Below, one piece after another: positions 1-18,311 of a stretch of 64,000 nucleotides of DNA (position 1 is its first letter; each line of letters starts with the position of its first letter). The translations under genes were made by a program, and so were the position numbers. Below the pieces are notes generated by a model. The model had not been told where the DNA came from, searched no databases, and worked only from the letters and a program-made list of their open reading frames with translations. Origin of the DNA: the human T2T-CHM13v2.0 reference genome, Homo sapiens; the NCBI RefSeq assembly GCF_009914755.1, contig NC_060947.1, one strand, 5' to 3'.

Positions 1-29
1 CCCCTCTCTCAGGAAGACATGCATTTTAA

Positions 30-285
30 TGCTTCAAAAGCGTTTTGTCAGTACCTGTTTTCAAAGGACTTATACACAGAGTGATTCCATTCACTCCTCA
101 CAACAATCAGATGAGAATTGACAAGAATTCCAAGGCAAAAATCATTTTCCCAGCCTTAAAAATGAAGAAATAAAAAAGAGAACCCCTGCTTGCCCAACCT
201 AAGTCACACAGTTTGTAAGTTGCAGAGTTAAGACTTGAACTTAGGTCTGACTCTAAGATCTGGGATCTTTTCATTATACAAGGCT
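30..285 (-). mobile_element. MIR SINE relic
   Basis: cattcactcctcacaacaatc ... aagtcacacagtttgtaagttgcagag ... cttgaacttaggtctgactc resembles reverse-complement MIR core. Confidence 0.6.
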
Positions 286-806
286 GCCTCTCATCAGGAA
301 GGAGGACTGGAGAGAAAGCAATGGTAACCCAAAAGGAAGACTAATGGTGACCTATCAGGCATTGTGGCCACGGGGGCCCAAGACCTCTTCATTCCTATCA
401 TATAGATGACTTTCTGTATATGAACTTAACTCTGGACTTTCCATTCTGGTGCCCATTCTTGGACATCACTCTGTCTCTAGTCCTATCCCACTTCTTCTCG
501 CTCAAATTAAACTCACCTGTTTTGTGTCTCATTTTATCTAGACTTTATGAGATGATCAGTGAACTCACCTATAGAGCTAATCTGGGCTAAGGCATTAAAT
601 TAAATGCTGATTAATGGCTCAATATACAACCTCTCTTAGGTCATACACATTTTTTGACAGAAGCTTCTAAAACTTTACTCAAGGATACTGTATATGACAA
701 ATACTTCAAGCAATGAGCCAGGCCAGTGAGAGCAATATCATTGGGCAAATGGGCTTCTCAGGCCTTTAACTTATGCTACCTAAGTGACCATCTATTCTGC
801 CTAATT

Positions 807-992
807 TAGGGTTACCAGATGAAATATAGGACATCCCATTAAATTCAGTTTCAGATGAATAACAAATACTTTTTAAGTATAAGCATGTCCTAAATATCGC
901 ATGGGACATACACTAAAAATTATTTGTTGTTTATTTGAAATTCAAATTTACTGTGTTTCCTGTCTTTTTATTTGCTAGATCTGGTAACCCAA
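807..992. mobile_element. MER53 hAT MITE (palindromic)
   Basis: Terminal inverted repeats gggttaccagat / atctggtaaccc, internal near-palindrome around atgtcc...ggacat, diverged 8-bp TSD gcctaatt / acttaatt. Confidence 0.85.
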
Positions 993-1828
993 ACTTAATT
1001 GTAAGATCTGTTCCGCTGCGCATAACCATCAAAAAGTACCTATTAGGCATCTGCTTCCTCATGACACTTGCTTGTGACCAATCCTATAGCATGGAACACT
1101 GGTGGAGGGGTGAGGGCAATGAGAAAGAAAAAGCGAAAGCAGACATGGGAAAGAGTATCCCATCATGAGACTGGTCTTACCTAGTCACTTGTCCATGACA
1201 TAAAAGTAATGTCACTAGGTCTTTTCAGAAAATAGAACTAGTCCCATTTGCCTCTCATCACCAACCCCTCCTCCCATCTGCTATGCTATACTGTTCTGTT
1301 CTATTTTGCTTTTTGATAAATGAAAAAGGAACATGTTTTGGCAAATGCCAGCCCCTGTGTTCTCTAAGTGATCTGGGCCTCAGAAGGCATATCCCAAGCA
1401 AACATCAAGGTGGGATGGAGGGCGCTACCAGGCCACTGCACAGACAGTGAGGCTGCCCAAATGTAATTAAGCACCAGGCGCAGACCCCAAGAGTGACAGT
1501 GGGAAGAATTCCATGACCAAAAAAATATTAGGGAAGTGAAGTGGAGAATGTTTACAACCCTAATTAGCAATTTGCACAACACCAGAATTAAAATTTTTCC
1601 CAGTGTCAAGCAAGTTTGTAGACTGACACTATGGAAGCTAAACTGGGCCCATGGGAAAAGGCAGCACTAGGCTCCTGCTAGTCAGTCCAGTCCAGTGGCT
1701 AACGCACCTACCAAGGCATTCAAATTGAGAAAATGACTAAATTAGAACACAAACAGTAGACTGACTCATATGTAAGATAACAACAGAAGCGAAGGAATGC
1801 AAACTCCAGAAATGAGGCCTTTGAGTAG

Positions 1829-1910
1829 CAATAACAAGGATAATAACAATAATAATAACAATAATAATATAACAATATTATAAATAATAATAACAAAGAT
1901 AATTATAACA
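1829..1910. repeat. (AAT/AAC)n low-complexity tract, probably the tail of the adjacent MIR
   Basis: aataacaataataataacaataataatataacaat... Confidence 0.8.
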
Positions 1911-2145
1911 ATAGCAAACCTATGTGAGCACTTATGTGTCAGGCACTGTTCTATATACTTTGCATGAATTCGCTCATTTAATCCTGATGACAATCCTATG
2001 AGGACTGTCATCCACATTTTATGGGACACAGAGAGATTGTGTAGCTTGCCCAGATTCACACAACTATTGAATGATGAAGCAGAAAATCAAACTTAGGCAG
2101 TCAGGGGCCAAGGCCCACATATTTGACCACTAGGCTTTACCACTT
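1905..2145 (-). mobile_element. MIR SINE
   Basis: gagcacttatgtgtcaggcactgttcta ... ctcatttaatcctgatgacaatcctatgagg ... cttgcccagattcacacaac. Confidence 0.8.
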
Positions 2146-3209
2146 CTCTAATCTGTTCTTGAAGACATTTTCCCAGAAGTGGGATGGATTTACTGAGCCC
2201 TTCCCACCACATTTTCCAGTATTTCACTGGTGCAAGAGACATCCATTTGTCAAACAGGTAGAAAGGTTAAAGGTACACTGCATGGATCTAGGGCAGAAGG
2301 AGCCTAGTGACTTTCTCAGCATCATCATGTTCTAATTAAATGAACTAACCACCACTGGGCTCTTGAAAGTATCCTAGAACTAAGAATTTAAAGTGTGAAT
2401 TACACGGACACTTAAAGAGATCATACATATCTGATAGTACTTTGGAACTTGGAACTGACCTTGATCTGTTAAGTTGGCTGATATCTTAGTTATCCTTTAA
2501 GACACATATTAACACCTCCTCCATGAAGGCTTTCCCATTTTCCCAGTTGGAAGCATTTGTTCCTTTAAGCTCCAAATGTGCCTTTTCGTGTATCATTGTA
2601 TCTAGCTTCTATCTGTCTCTCCAAAAAGAATGTAAGCATTTTGAGGCCAAGGATTATTTTATTTATATTTATATCTGCATACATTTCCCCCAAACATACA
2701 CATTGAGTATTTTTAAAACAAATAAATTTAGTCTAACCCATTATTTCTCCATATGAAAAGACAAAGGCCCAGAGAGGGAAAATGACTTACCTAGGGTCAC
2801 ACAGCAGGTCAGTGGCTGTCTCTTGACTCTCAATCCATTGCTCCATCCACTATCCAAGGATGCATTTCTGGAGATTCTGAATGGGTGCAATTTTTCTCCT
2901 CCATATTCTTGCTATTCTAGTGCATTTGCTTTTAGTTCCAGAACCTGCTGGTTTCAAGCTTTCTTTTTTGAAGCTCATTTGGAAAACAGTCACTCTGATT
3001 CCTCTCCTTACAACCTACTCCCTCCCTTGGGATTACTTTTTCCATCCTTTCCATAAACTCTCATATCTAGGTGATGATTTTGAGACTATTACATTTTTTA
3101 ATTGACAGAGATGCAGCTGGGTCCTGTATAACAGCTGAGCAACACAGAATCTCTCCCCCTTTCCTCCCTCACTGAGCCATGAGCTGATGAAAATTTGTAA
3201 ACTATACAG

Positions 3210-3440
3210 AGGTATGCCTATTCTATGCCAGCCAATGCACTAAAACAATTCATGGATTTTATCTTATGTCATCCTCACAATAATTCTATGATCTAGGCGG
3301 TGTTACTGTTTTTATTTTGCAGGTGAGGACATAGAGGCTCAGAGAGCTTAAATGATGCTCCCAAAGTTACACAGATAATACAACTGGAATTTGTATCCAG
3401 GCAGTCTAACTTTAGTGCTCATAGCCTTAGTCTTTACATA
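3210..3440 (-). mobile_element. MIR SINE
   Basis: atcctcacaataattctatga ... attttgcaggtgaggacatagaggctcagagag ... cccaaagttacacag. Confidence 0.7.
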
Positions 3441-3546
3441 ATCCCCTCTGGAACATCTCACATGACATAATTCTGCCAGAGAACTTTTCCTAAAGTATGT
3501 CATTATTGTGTCCTTCCCTACTGCCTCTAGAGCTGTACCTCTAGAG

Positions 3547-3779
3547 CAGTGTATTAGAGACAGTATGGTAACTACTAGACACATGTCGCTATTTAAACAT
3601 AACTTTAAGTTAATTATGATTAAATAAAATTTAAAATGAAGTTCCTCAGTTTAATTACCCACATTGCAAATTTCAAAAGCTAGATGCAGATAGTGGCTAC
3701 TGTATTGGACAGTGCAAATAGAGAACATTTCTATCATTGCATTTTATTTCTGCAATGAAAGCTCTATTGGACAGCACCA
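3547..3779 (-). mobile_element. MER3 hAT-Charlie DNA transposon
   Basis: tagtggctactgtattggacagtgca ... agaacatttctatcattgc ... ctattggacagcac; flanked by ctctagag / ctctagaa TSD-like 8-mers. Confidence 0.8.
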
Positions 3780-3811
3780 CTCTAGAAACTAAAGTTTGAA
3801 CTCCTCTGCCT

Positions 3812-4075
3812 GTTTTTTTTTAACTTTTTTTTTAATTATTAAAAAAAAATTGTGAGTACATTGTAGGTGTATTTATTCATGGGGTACATGAGATGTTTTG
3901 ATACAGACATGCAATGTGAAATACGCACATCATGGAGAATGGGGCATCCATCCCCTTAAGCATTTATCCTTTGAGTTACAAACAATTTAATTACATTCTT
4001 TAAGATATTTTAAAATATACAATTAAGTATTATTGACTATAGTTGCCCTATTGTGCTATCAAATAGTAGATATTT
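3812..4075 (-). mobile_element. L1MA1/L1MA2-type 3' UTR fragment
   Basis: T-rich tail then gtacattgtaggtgtatttattcatggggtacatgagatgttttgatacag...catggagaatgggg. Confidence 0.8.
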
Positions 4076-5034
4076 CAAGTGCCCTGCAGTCTGGTTCCTA
4101 CAAACTTTTCAGCAGAAAAGCAGAAAACAAGAAGCGAGGAATGAAGCTAGAAAAAGGGGTAGGAGTCTGAGGATGAAAGGTCTCCTATGCCACACTAAGG
4201 AAGTAAGGCCTCGTGATGTAGGAAGGACACAATGGATTTCCTCTCTGAGAATAGATAGAGCCAGTGCATGTTGAGACCTGGCTCAAACTCGCCTCTCTCA
4301 GGAAGCCTGAGTAAATAACTACAGAGGTCTGAATATCATGTCACTCTGTTGACTGGTTGCTCCCCAAAAGTGACAGGAAGGGTTCCAACACTTACAGAGA
4401 ATACAAAGGTCTCACATTCAAAATGGATTCAAAGGACCTGTTCTCAAATCACAGTTCTATGTCGTGTTGGGACCTGCCACTTTGCATCACTGAGCTTGTT
4501 TACCTATCTGTGAAATGCAGCCAATAATATCTACTTTCCTGATTTTCATGACCATCAAGTAAGACAATGAGGAAAATGAGATAATGATGTGGGGTGGGGC
4601 CTAGACTTTTAACTTCCTCATGTGATTCTAGGGAATGCCAGGGTTGAAAATCCTTGAACTGGATGATCTCTGAAGTCCCTTCCAGCTTTGAAATTCGAAT
4701 CAAGCTTTGACTCATAGTAAGAAAAGTCAGCAGTCATTTTGAACAAAATAGTTACCTAGGTCCCCACAACAGGCTGCAGGCTTCATAAGCAGTCAACGTT
4801 TCAACGATCACAGATAGCCCAGATTTCCAGGTAAAGCAGCTTCTTTGATGAGAGTGCAGAAGCAGTTCCATGTACAATGGTGAGCATTCTACTCTTGAGA
4901 GTGCAGGATCAGTTTTGGCTTCTTGGAAGAGTCCCCTCCCCACCAGGTGGCAGATGTACTCCAAAACCCTAGACAAGGACTATACCACCATTTGTTTTTA
5001 TTGTCCTCAAAATAAGTCATTTAAAAGAGTCAAT

Positions 5035-5810
5035 GGATATTAACCCCTTGTCACATGTATAGTGTGCAAATATTTTCTCCCATGCTGTAGGTTGTGTCCC
5101 CACTCTGTTGATTATTTCCTTTGCTGTTCAGAAGCTTTTTACTTTAATATAGTCCCATTTGTCTATTTTGGTTTTTGTTGCCTGTACTTTTGAGGTCTTA
5201 GCCATAAAATCTTTGCCTACACCAATGTCCTGAAGTGTTTCCCCTGTGTTTTCTTCCAGTACTTTTATAGTTTCTGGTCTTACAGTTAAGTTTTTCATCT
5301 ATTTTGAGTTTATTTTTGCATATGATGAGAGGTATGGGCCTAATTTCTTTCTTATGCCTGTGGATATCCAGATTTGCCAACACCATGTATTAAAGAGGCT
5401 GTCCTTTTCCCAAATGTGTGCTCTTGGCATCTTGGCCAAAAATCAATTGGTTGTAAATGCATGGATTTATTTCTGGGTTTTCTATTCTCTTCCATTGGTC
5501 TATGTGTCCATTTTTATGCCAGTTTCATGCTATTTTGGTTGTTATGGCTTTGTAGTATACTTTGAAATCAAGTAATGTGATGCCTCCAGCTTTGTTCTTT
5601 TTGCTCAGAAGTGCTTGGGCTATTCTGGGCCTTTTGTGGTTCCATATAAATTTTAGCATTTTTTTCTATTTTTATGAAGAATATTATTAGTATTTCAATA
5701 GGGATTGCATTGAGTCTGTAGATCACTTTGGGTAGTATGGATATTTTAACAATATTAATTCTCCCAATCCATGAACATGGGATATATTCCTATTTATTTG
5801 TGTCTTCTTC
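5035..5810 (-). mobile_element. L1MA-type ORF2 C-terminal segment, inverted (5' arm of a twin-primed insertion)
   Basis: Reverse complement corresponds to ORF2 from the EEDTNK..IPCSW region to the EKIFA..DKGLIS region, degenerate. Confidence 0.85.
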
Positions 5811-6230
5811 ATTAAGTGAAATAAGCCATGCACAGAAAGACACACACTGCATGATCTCAGTCATACATGGAATCTAAAAACATTGATCTTATAGATGTAG
5901 AGAATAAAATGGTGGTTACCAGAGGATAGGGTGGTTAGGAGTGGGAGTAGGTGATGGGAAGAAGTTGGTCAAAGGATACATAATTACAGTTATATAGGAG
6001 GAAGAAATTTCAAGAAATCTATTGTGCAGCAAGGTTACTATAGGTAACAATATTGTATTTTTGAAAAATGTAAAGACAGTGGATGTTATGTGCTCTTACC
6101 ACAAAAATAATAATAATAAATTTGTTAATTAGCTAGATCTAACCATGACACAATGTATATGTACTTCAAAACATCATGTTGTACACAATAAAAACATACA
6201 ATGTTATCTGTCAATTAAAAATTTTTTTTA
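5811..6230 (+). mobile_element. L1MA-type (about L1MA5-7) ORF2 end and 3' UTR with decayed poly(A)
   Basis: ttaagtgaaataagcca.gcacagaaagaca ... aaaacatcatgttgtacacaataaa ... tgtcaattaaaa. Confidence 0.85.
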
Positions 6231-8696
6231 TATAGAGCCAACAGATTTCAAGTTTGGACGTTGGTTCAAAGCTTTCTCCTTTCATATGGAATTGCTTTGT
6301 TTCAAGGAAATAGAAGTTTCAAAACAGCAGGCAGATGGATGTACAGAAGTATGCAAGGTGAAGAGGACTGAGAGGAGCTGGCAGAGGGAGGAAGAAGTAG
6401 GCGGGGAATATTCTAACTAATTCAGATAGCATCCCTACAAGCCCCAGCAGAATAGCACAACAAAGCTGATTTCCCAGCATGTTAATTTCCCAAAGACTTC
6501 TCTATTAGCCAGCCCTCTGCACATCAACAACATATGGGGACCTGGAGTTCTACCTATGGCTCAGGAACTCTTTAAGGTCTTGAAGTACCTCCCTAAATTA
6601 CCAAAGAAAGACAAAATTATGTTCAAATTGATACAACATTATAATTATATTTTGCTTTATATTTACTCTTTGAAAATCACAAATCCCTATAAAGTGAATA
6701 GGGAAGCACTCTGTTAAACTAGACTATTTGATGAATCAAGGTACTCCATTCCCAACTGTGCATAAAACTGAAAGTTTGAAGGATTGTAGACATTTGTAAC
6801 TCCATCTTGCAACCAGAGAAAAAGAATCAAATGAAGATCAGCAGCTCACACTTCACAAATGAATATCATAGCTCCAAATAGGGCTCTCAGGGCAAATCAT
6901 TCATCACTTTCTTGATTCTCAATCACAGCCACACTCCTGAGTTCATCTTGAAAAGACACCCTAAGGTTTTAGACATGGAAACCAAAACACGCAGACATTT
7001 CTTCTTTTCACTATAGTCTCACTTTATTTCACATTCATCTTTTGCCTCTAAACTGTACAAAAAAACCACTTCATCTTTTTTTGTGGTGCTTTTGGGTCTG
7101 GCTATCAAACTGGTTCTGTGGCGGAATGCCAAATTAAATACACTCTTTTTTATTATTAAAAATAAGGTAGCTGAGGATTAGTTCATCAAAATTCTCGGGT
7201 AATGGACTGTTCTAATTAAAAGAATATTCTGATAAACTGGGTTTAGCTGCAACTACAAGAATGTTGAAACAACGTATTTAGTTTGGTCTACTTTTGGCAT
7301 ATTTTCTGAAATGTCTGGTTTCATGTCCCACCTTAAAAATATGATTGAATCTTCGGTACTTGAGGCTCTTTCAGGGTTTTAGAGTTATTATTTTGAACAT
7401 CTATTTTTAATGTCCAGAGTTAGAAATGAATATAGATAAAACTATACATGAGCTGAGTTCTGGACATAGCTTTGGTGAAATTTCCAATGTGAGAGGTTTA
7501 TTGTGTATTGCCTCTTTTAAGTCAAGGACAACGGAAGAGGACAATTATGCTAACTGAAGTTTCTGGCTAAACAAAATTTAATGTAACAATACATTCAACT
7601 TTTCCATACATTTTCACACCTGGATTCACTTGATCTTCATTATACTCTCGGGAGACTGACTCTTCATTTTATAAGCTGAAACCTAGAGATGCTAAGTGAC
7701 TTACTCAAGGCCGAGATTATCAAGTTTTTGAAGTCCCAGTCTAGTGTTCTTTTCAGCACATGCAATATCCATGTCAATTCTAGTTTTACTATATTTGTAT
7801 TGACTTCCTCCCAAGCAGGCCACACTGAGCTCAGCTAATCTCAACACAGTAGGAGTAATATATGAATATATACTCAAACTTTAGTAGCACTCAGAATAGC
7901 TTAGGTGAAAGTCATGGCTAAGATAATGACAGCTGCCAGAAGAGTGTCCTTAAGCACTCCAGTTGAGAGCTATTTATTTTGCATAATATGATCTTGGCAT
8001 ACTAAATGTTCATTTGCATCCTCACATTGAGGACACTTTACTTGTCTATGGCATCATTGTCTGTGGAAATAAATTTTCTTCAGAAGGTTTTAGTGTCTCT
8101 AACAATAACTGCTGGACTTCTGAGTGGCCAAAGAATTCTAGTATTTGAAAAGAAGGGAGAATGTGTGTTCTTAGATTGCTTGTATGTCTTTTAAGAAATA
8201 AAAAGAAATTATCTCTGTTGATCTTTATAGTAATTTTATGAAGTTGGTACTGCAGGTGTCATGATTCCGTTTTACAGAAGTGATTCCTGAGATTAAACAA
8301 GCTTGTCATGGTACCTTAAACCTAGCCACACATTCCTTTTCCTATGGTGCTTACTAAAGCTCACTTATCATCAGAATGCCCTAGGAGCATGTTACAAATA
8401 CATATAGCCTTCCCAGCTCCTTCCCTGACATCCTGAAAATTGCCTGCTCCACCAACTTCATAAGATGACTATCAAGATCAACTGATAAAATTTTAATTTT
8501 CTTACTGAAAATGAAGGAATTAAGACACTAAAGAATGGCAGCTGCTTAGAGCAATAATTTAATGATTACCTGCTCTGTGATGAACACCACATCCCATGGT
8601 GGAGGTTGGATAGGAATAAGGACACACAAGATACATAGGACTCAGAGTGTGGCCTTGGAGAGTTTATAAGGTAGTTGGTTGCCAACTACCTTATAG

Positions 8697-8894
8697 CAGT
8701 AGTTGCAAGAACCAACTCTAGCATGCCTCAGAAATCATCTGGAGGACTTGTTAAAACACCAATTACTGGGCCTCAGCCTCACAGTTTCTGCTTCATTAAG
8801 TCTACAGGTGGAACTCTGAGAATCTGCATTTTTAACAAGTTCCCAGGTGATGCCAATGCTGCTAGTACAAAGAACACAATTTGAGAGTCACTAG
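8697..8894 (-). mobile_element. MER5A hAT-Charlie MITE
   Basis: tcatctggaggacttgttaaaacac ... tgagaatctgcatttttaacaagttcccaggtgatgccaatgctgctag ... tttgagagtcact. Confidence 0.8.
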
Positions 8895-9266
8895 CTTAGG
8901 CATCATTTAAAATTGTATGACTGTCTTGGAGTTAAAAGTGATATTTCAGAATATATGCATGAAAGAAAATTAAAACAAAAGGAAACAATGATCTGTAGTA
9001 TTATACGGACTACCCTGTGTCCCCCTCCTCTTTCCCTTCACTGCCCTCACAGGGCTACATGTCCATGCACTGCAGTCACAGAAATAAATCTTTCTGATAT
9101 CTGAAAAACAATCCCATTTTCTTACCACAAATGCACTGGCTGGCACCACTTCAAATGGAAACATTTGCTTCCTTCACTGCCTGGTTTCTCTAGAAATAGG
9201 AAAACCCTCTGCTTTAGAGTCCAGAAGGAGGCAGAAGAGAGGACCACCTCTCCCCATCGCCAAAGG

Positions 9267-11005
<1,739 letters not shown>

Positions 11006-12029
11006 ATAAGAAAAACCGGCACAAAAAGGCTGAAAATTCCAAAAACCAGAATGCCTCTTCAACTCCAAAGGATCACAACTCCTCGCTAGCAAGGGAATAA
11101 ACCTGGACTGAGAATGAGTTTGAGGAATTGACAGAAGTAGGCTTCAGAGGGTTGGTAATAGCAACCTCCTCCGAGCTAAAGGAGCATGTTTTAACCCAAT
11201 GCAAGGAAGCTAAGAACCTTCAAAAAAGGTTAGAGGAATTGCTAACCAGAATAATCAGTTTAGAGAAGAACATAAATGACCTGATGGAGCTGAAAAACAC
11301 AGCACGAGAACTTCATGGAGCATACATAAGAATCATAGCTGAATCGATCAAGCAGAAAAAAAGGATATCAGAGATTGAAGATCCACTTAATGAAATAAAG
11401 CGTGAAGACAAGATTAGAGAAAAAAGAATGTAAAGGAACAAACAAAGCCTCCAAGAAATATGGGACTGTGTGAAAAGACTAAACCGACATTTGATTGGTG
11501 TACCTCAAAGTGACAGGGAGAATGGAACCAAGTTGGAAAACACTATTCAGGATACTATCCAGGAGAACTTCCCCAACCTAGCAAGACAGGCCAACATTCA
11601 AATTCAGGAAATACAGAGAACACCACAAAGATACTCCTCGAGAAGAGCAACCCCAAGACACATAATCATCAGATTCACCAAGGTTGAAATGAAGGAAAAA
11701 ATGTTAAGGGCAGCCAGAGAGAAAGGTCGGGTTACCCACAAAGGGAAGCCCATCAGACTAACAGTGGATTTCTCGGCAGAAACCCTACAAGCCAGAAGAG
11801 AGTGGGGGCCAATATTCAACATTCTTAAAGAAAAGAATTTTCAGCCCAGAATTTCATATCCAGCCAAACTAAGCTTCATAAGCAAAGAAGAAATAAAATC
11901 CTTTACAGACAAGCAAATGCTGAGAGATTTTGTCACTGCCAGTCCTGCCTTACAAGAGCTCCTGAAGGAAGCACTATATACTGAATGGAAAAACCGGTAC
12001 CAGTCACCGCAAAAACATATAAATTGTAA
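11006..12029 (+). pseudogene. L1 ORF1p (coiled-coil/RRM/CTD) remnant
   Basis: ENFPNLARQANIQIQEIQRTP, REKGRVTHKGKPIRLT, YPAKLSF; start codon appears mutated to ATA (11006); in-frame TAA at 11098 and 11431. Confidence 0.92.
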
Positions 12030-12092
12030 AGACCATTGACACTATGCAGAAACTGCACCAACCAATGGGCAAAATAACCAGCTGGCATCATA

Positions 12093-15932
<3,840 letters not shown>

Positions 15933-16196
15933 ACAATGAGAACACATGGACACAGAAAGGGGAACATCACACGCTGGGGCCTTTCAGGGTCTGGGGCACT
16001 AGGGGAGGGATAGCATTAGGAGAAATACATAATGTAGATGATGAGTTGATGAGTGCAGCAAATCACCATGGCACGTGTATACCTATGTAACAAACCTGCA
16101 CGTTCTGCTCATGTATCCCAGAACTTAAAGTATAATTTAAAAAAAATATATATATATATATAAAGATAAAGATAATAATAAATAATGGAAATTGCA

Positions 16197-16275
16197 GTGA
16201 CCCACTACAGACCAAGTGAATCAGAATTTCTAGAAGTGAGACCTGGGAATCTGGAATCTTAAGTGCCTTGAGTCA
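16197..16275 (+). mobile_element. MER5A-like MITE, 3' half
   Basis: gacccactacagaccaagtgaatcagaatttctagaagtgagacctgggaatctg continues the MER5A consensus where 9343 stops. Confidence 0.65.
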
Positions 16276-17302
16276 TTGGGCTTTTCTGAGGCACAGTGAA
16301 ATTGGAGAATCCCTATTAAAAGAATTTTCCCAATATTCGGTTTGGATAAGGACACTAAAAAGTCTGATTTCTCCTAACTGACCACCACTTCCCCTTTCCT
16401 GCGTCTTCATGTCCCTTGAGAAACCTTGTGAGACTGGAAGAGACACAAGGCTCCTCCCTCCTTCACCCTTACACATGACCACCCTCCACCCCCCCAACCA
16501 AGACATGTAAATCCATTTGGACTGAGACATTTCTGAGGTTGCTAAAGTACCCACCCTAGTCCCTGCCAAATTCCACCCAGTGAGGAAAACATTCCTTTAT
16601 TTTTTAATGCACTTTTTATAATTTTTTTATCTTCTCTGTTCTAAAATGTTTCTCTCTCCTGCTTCTTTATGATATATTCTGGAGATATTTCAAAGCCATT
16701 TATACTTCATACTGATATTGGTGTTTTCACTGTTCTGTGAAATGCCATAGTTTATATTGAAATGATGCATTAAGATATAGGAGAAAAAGAGACATTGAGA
16801 GAGGAAAAAAATGGTGAGGAAAATAACCGAGAGCAACATTATGAGAAAGATGAACAGACCCAAGGGTTGGAACTCTCCCTCCTATAGCACTAAAATATTA
16901 TCAATTCATTACTTGGCATGCACCTCTTCTTTCTAGGGTGGGGAAGACTTTGGAAGTTAGGGGATGAAATGCAATTCTTTCACCTGCTTTACCAGCTATG
17001 GGTCTGCCCGAGTTTTTGCTTTTTGGTTTATTGTCAAGTTACAGCAAATATATATTTTGTGTCTTCTGGGCTAGTCACTATATAACTTACAGTTTTTCAT
17101 TGTGAGCTTCTCAATACAATTCCACACAGAGTAGATTAACTAATGAAGGTCAGAAAACACTATGGAGATATAGGTTGCTAGGACACAGAACCAAACAGAT
17201 GAGTCCTCTATATGGGAGGGGGCACCCAACATGTGCAATTCACTAATGCTCAGTTTTAATTGGCTTCTAAATTCTGTTTCTCTTGCTCCCTCTCCTCAAA
17301 GG

Positions 17303-17304
<2 letters not shown>

Positions 17305-17347
<43 letters not shown>
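17305..17347. repeat. (TG)21 microsatellite
   Basis: Uninterrupted TG run. Confidence 0.97.
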
Positions 17348-17349
<2 letters not shown>

Positions 17350-18104
17350 GGGTATATGTATAAAAAAAATTATTTGCATTAGACATCATAATCATGTTCT
17401 CAATTTATATAGCACAATAACTTTTACATTTCTGCAGAGGATCTTATCCAATGCTCTTTTTCGCATTACTTTTCAGGATCATGCAAATATTACTGAGAAT
17501 TTGAATAAAATCTGTGAAAGTAATAAAAAGTCATCCCTACAATAATTCCAAATGGAGCCAGACCTTTTGAAGGTGGCCACTTATAAGGTGGGGTTAATGA
17601 GCATCCAAAGTCTTTCTCTGACCCAAAATGTGTCCCTTGATTTCCCTGCCACAGCTATCAAAATCCATTTGTTACAATGGAGGGGGGTCACCCTTTGAGG
17701 CTAACACAGTGGAGAGCTCTGCTATAAGTTAAAGCTTTAACACACAGGCATTTATTCAATTAGCTTCTATCACTTCACAAGGCCCTGAGGGAAACAGGAC
17801 ACAGAACAGATTAAGCTTTATTGGTTTTAATAGTGGTAGTGAATGGAGATCAGGAAAGACCTGAAACTGGGCACACTGGCATAGCAGGCTGACCTGGACA
17901 AAGCACCCTACTGAGGAGAACTGAATAGCCAGGAACTGAAAAGCCTTGAAGGTGCTGGAAGCCTGGTAGTAGGTAGATATGTATCTATTAAGATAACAAG
18001 GCTGCAAGTAGCAAATCTTGACTATCTGTGCTTTAAATAAGTAGTAAAAGCCTTCAAGCAGGTAGTTGTAGGCATTGTTTCTGCTGCTTAAGAATACCAT
18101 CAAA

Positions 18105-18311
18105 TGGCAACAACAGACACCGGGAACTACTACTGAGAGAGGGAGAGAAGAAGGCAAGAGTTGAAAAACTGTTGGGTGCTATGCTCAGTACCTGGGTGGC
18201 CAAAGCAATCATACCCCAAGCTTCAGCATCACACAATATACAAACCTGCACATGTACCCCTGAATCTCAAATAAAAGTTGAAATTATTTTTAAAAAAAGA
18301 AAAGAAAAAAA
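18105..18311 (+). mobile_element. Severely 5'-truncated L1PA16/17-type 3' end
   Basis: cagcatcacacaatata..caaacctgcacatgtacccctgaatct.aaataaaagttgaaa; TSD aagaataccatcaaa (18090-18104) / aagaatatcatcaaa (18337-18351). Confidence 0.85.

Noticed and set aside
1766-2059. Hydrophobic 97-aa ORF resembling a membrane protein
   Set aside because: Poly-Leu/Ile comes from the (AAT)n tract and a MIR read on the minus strand
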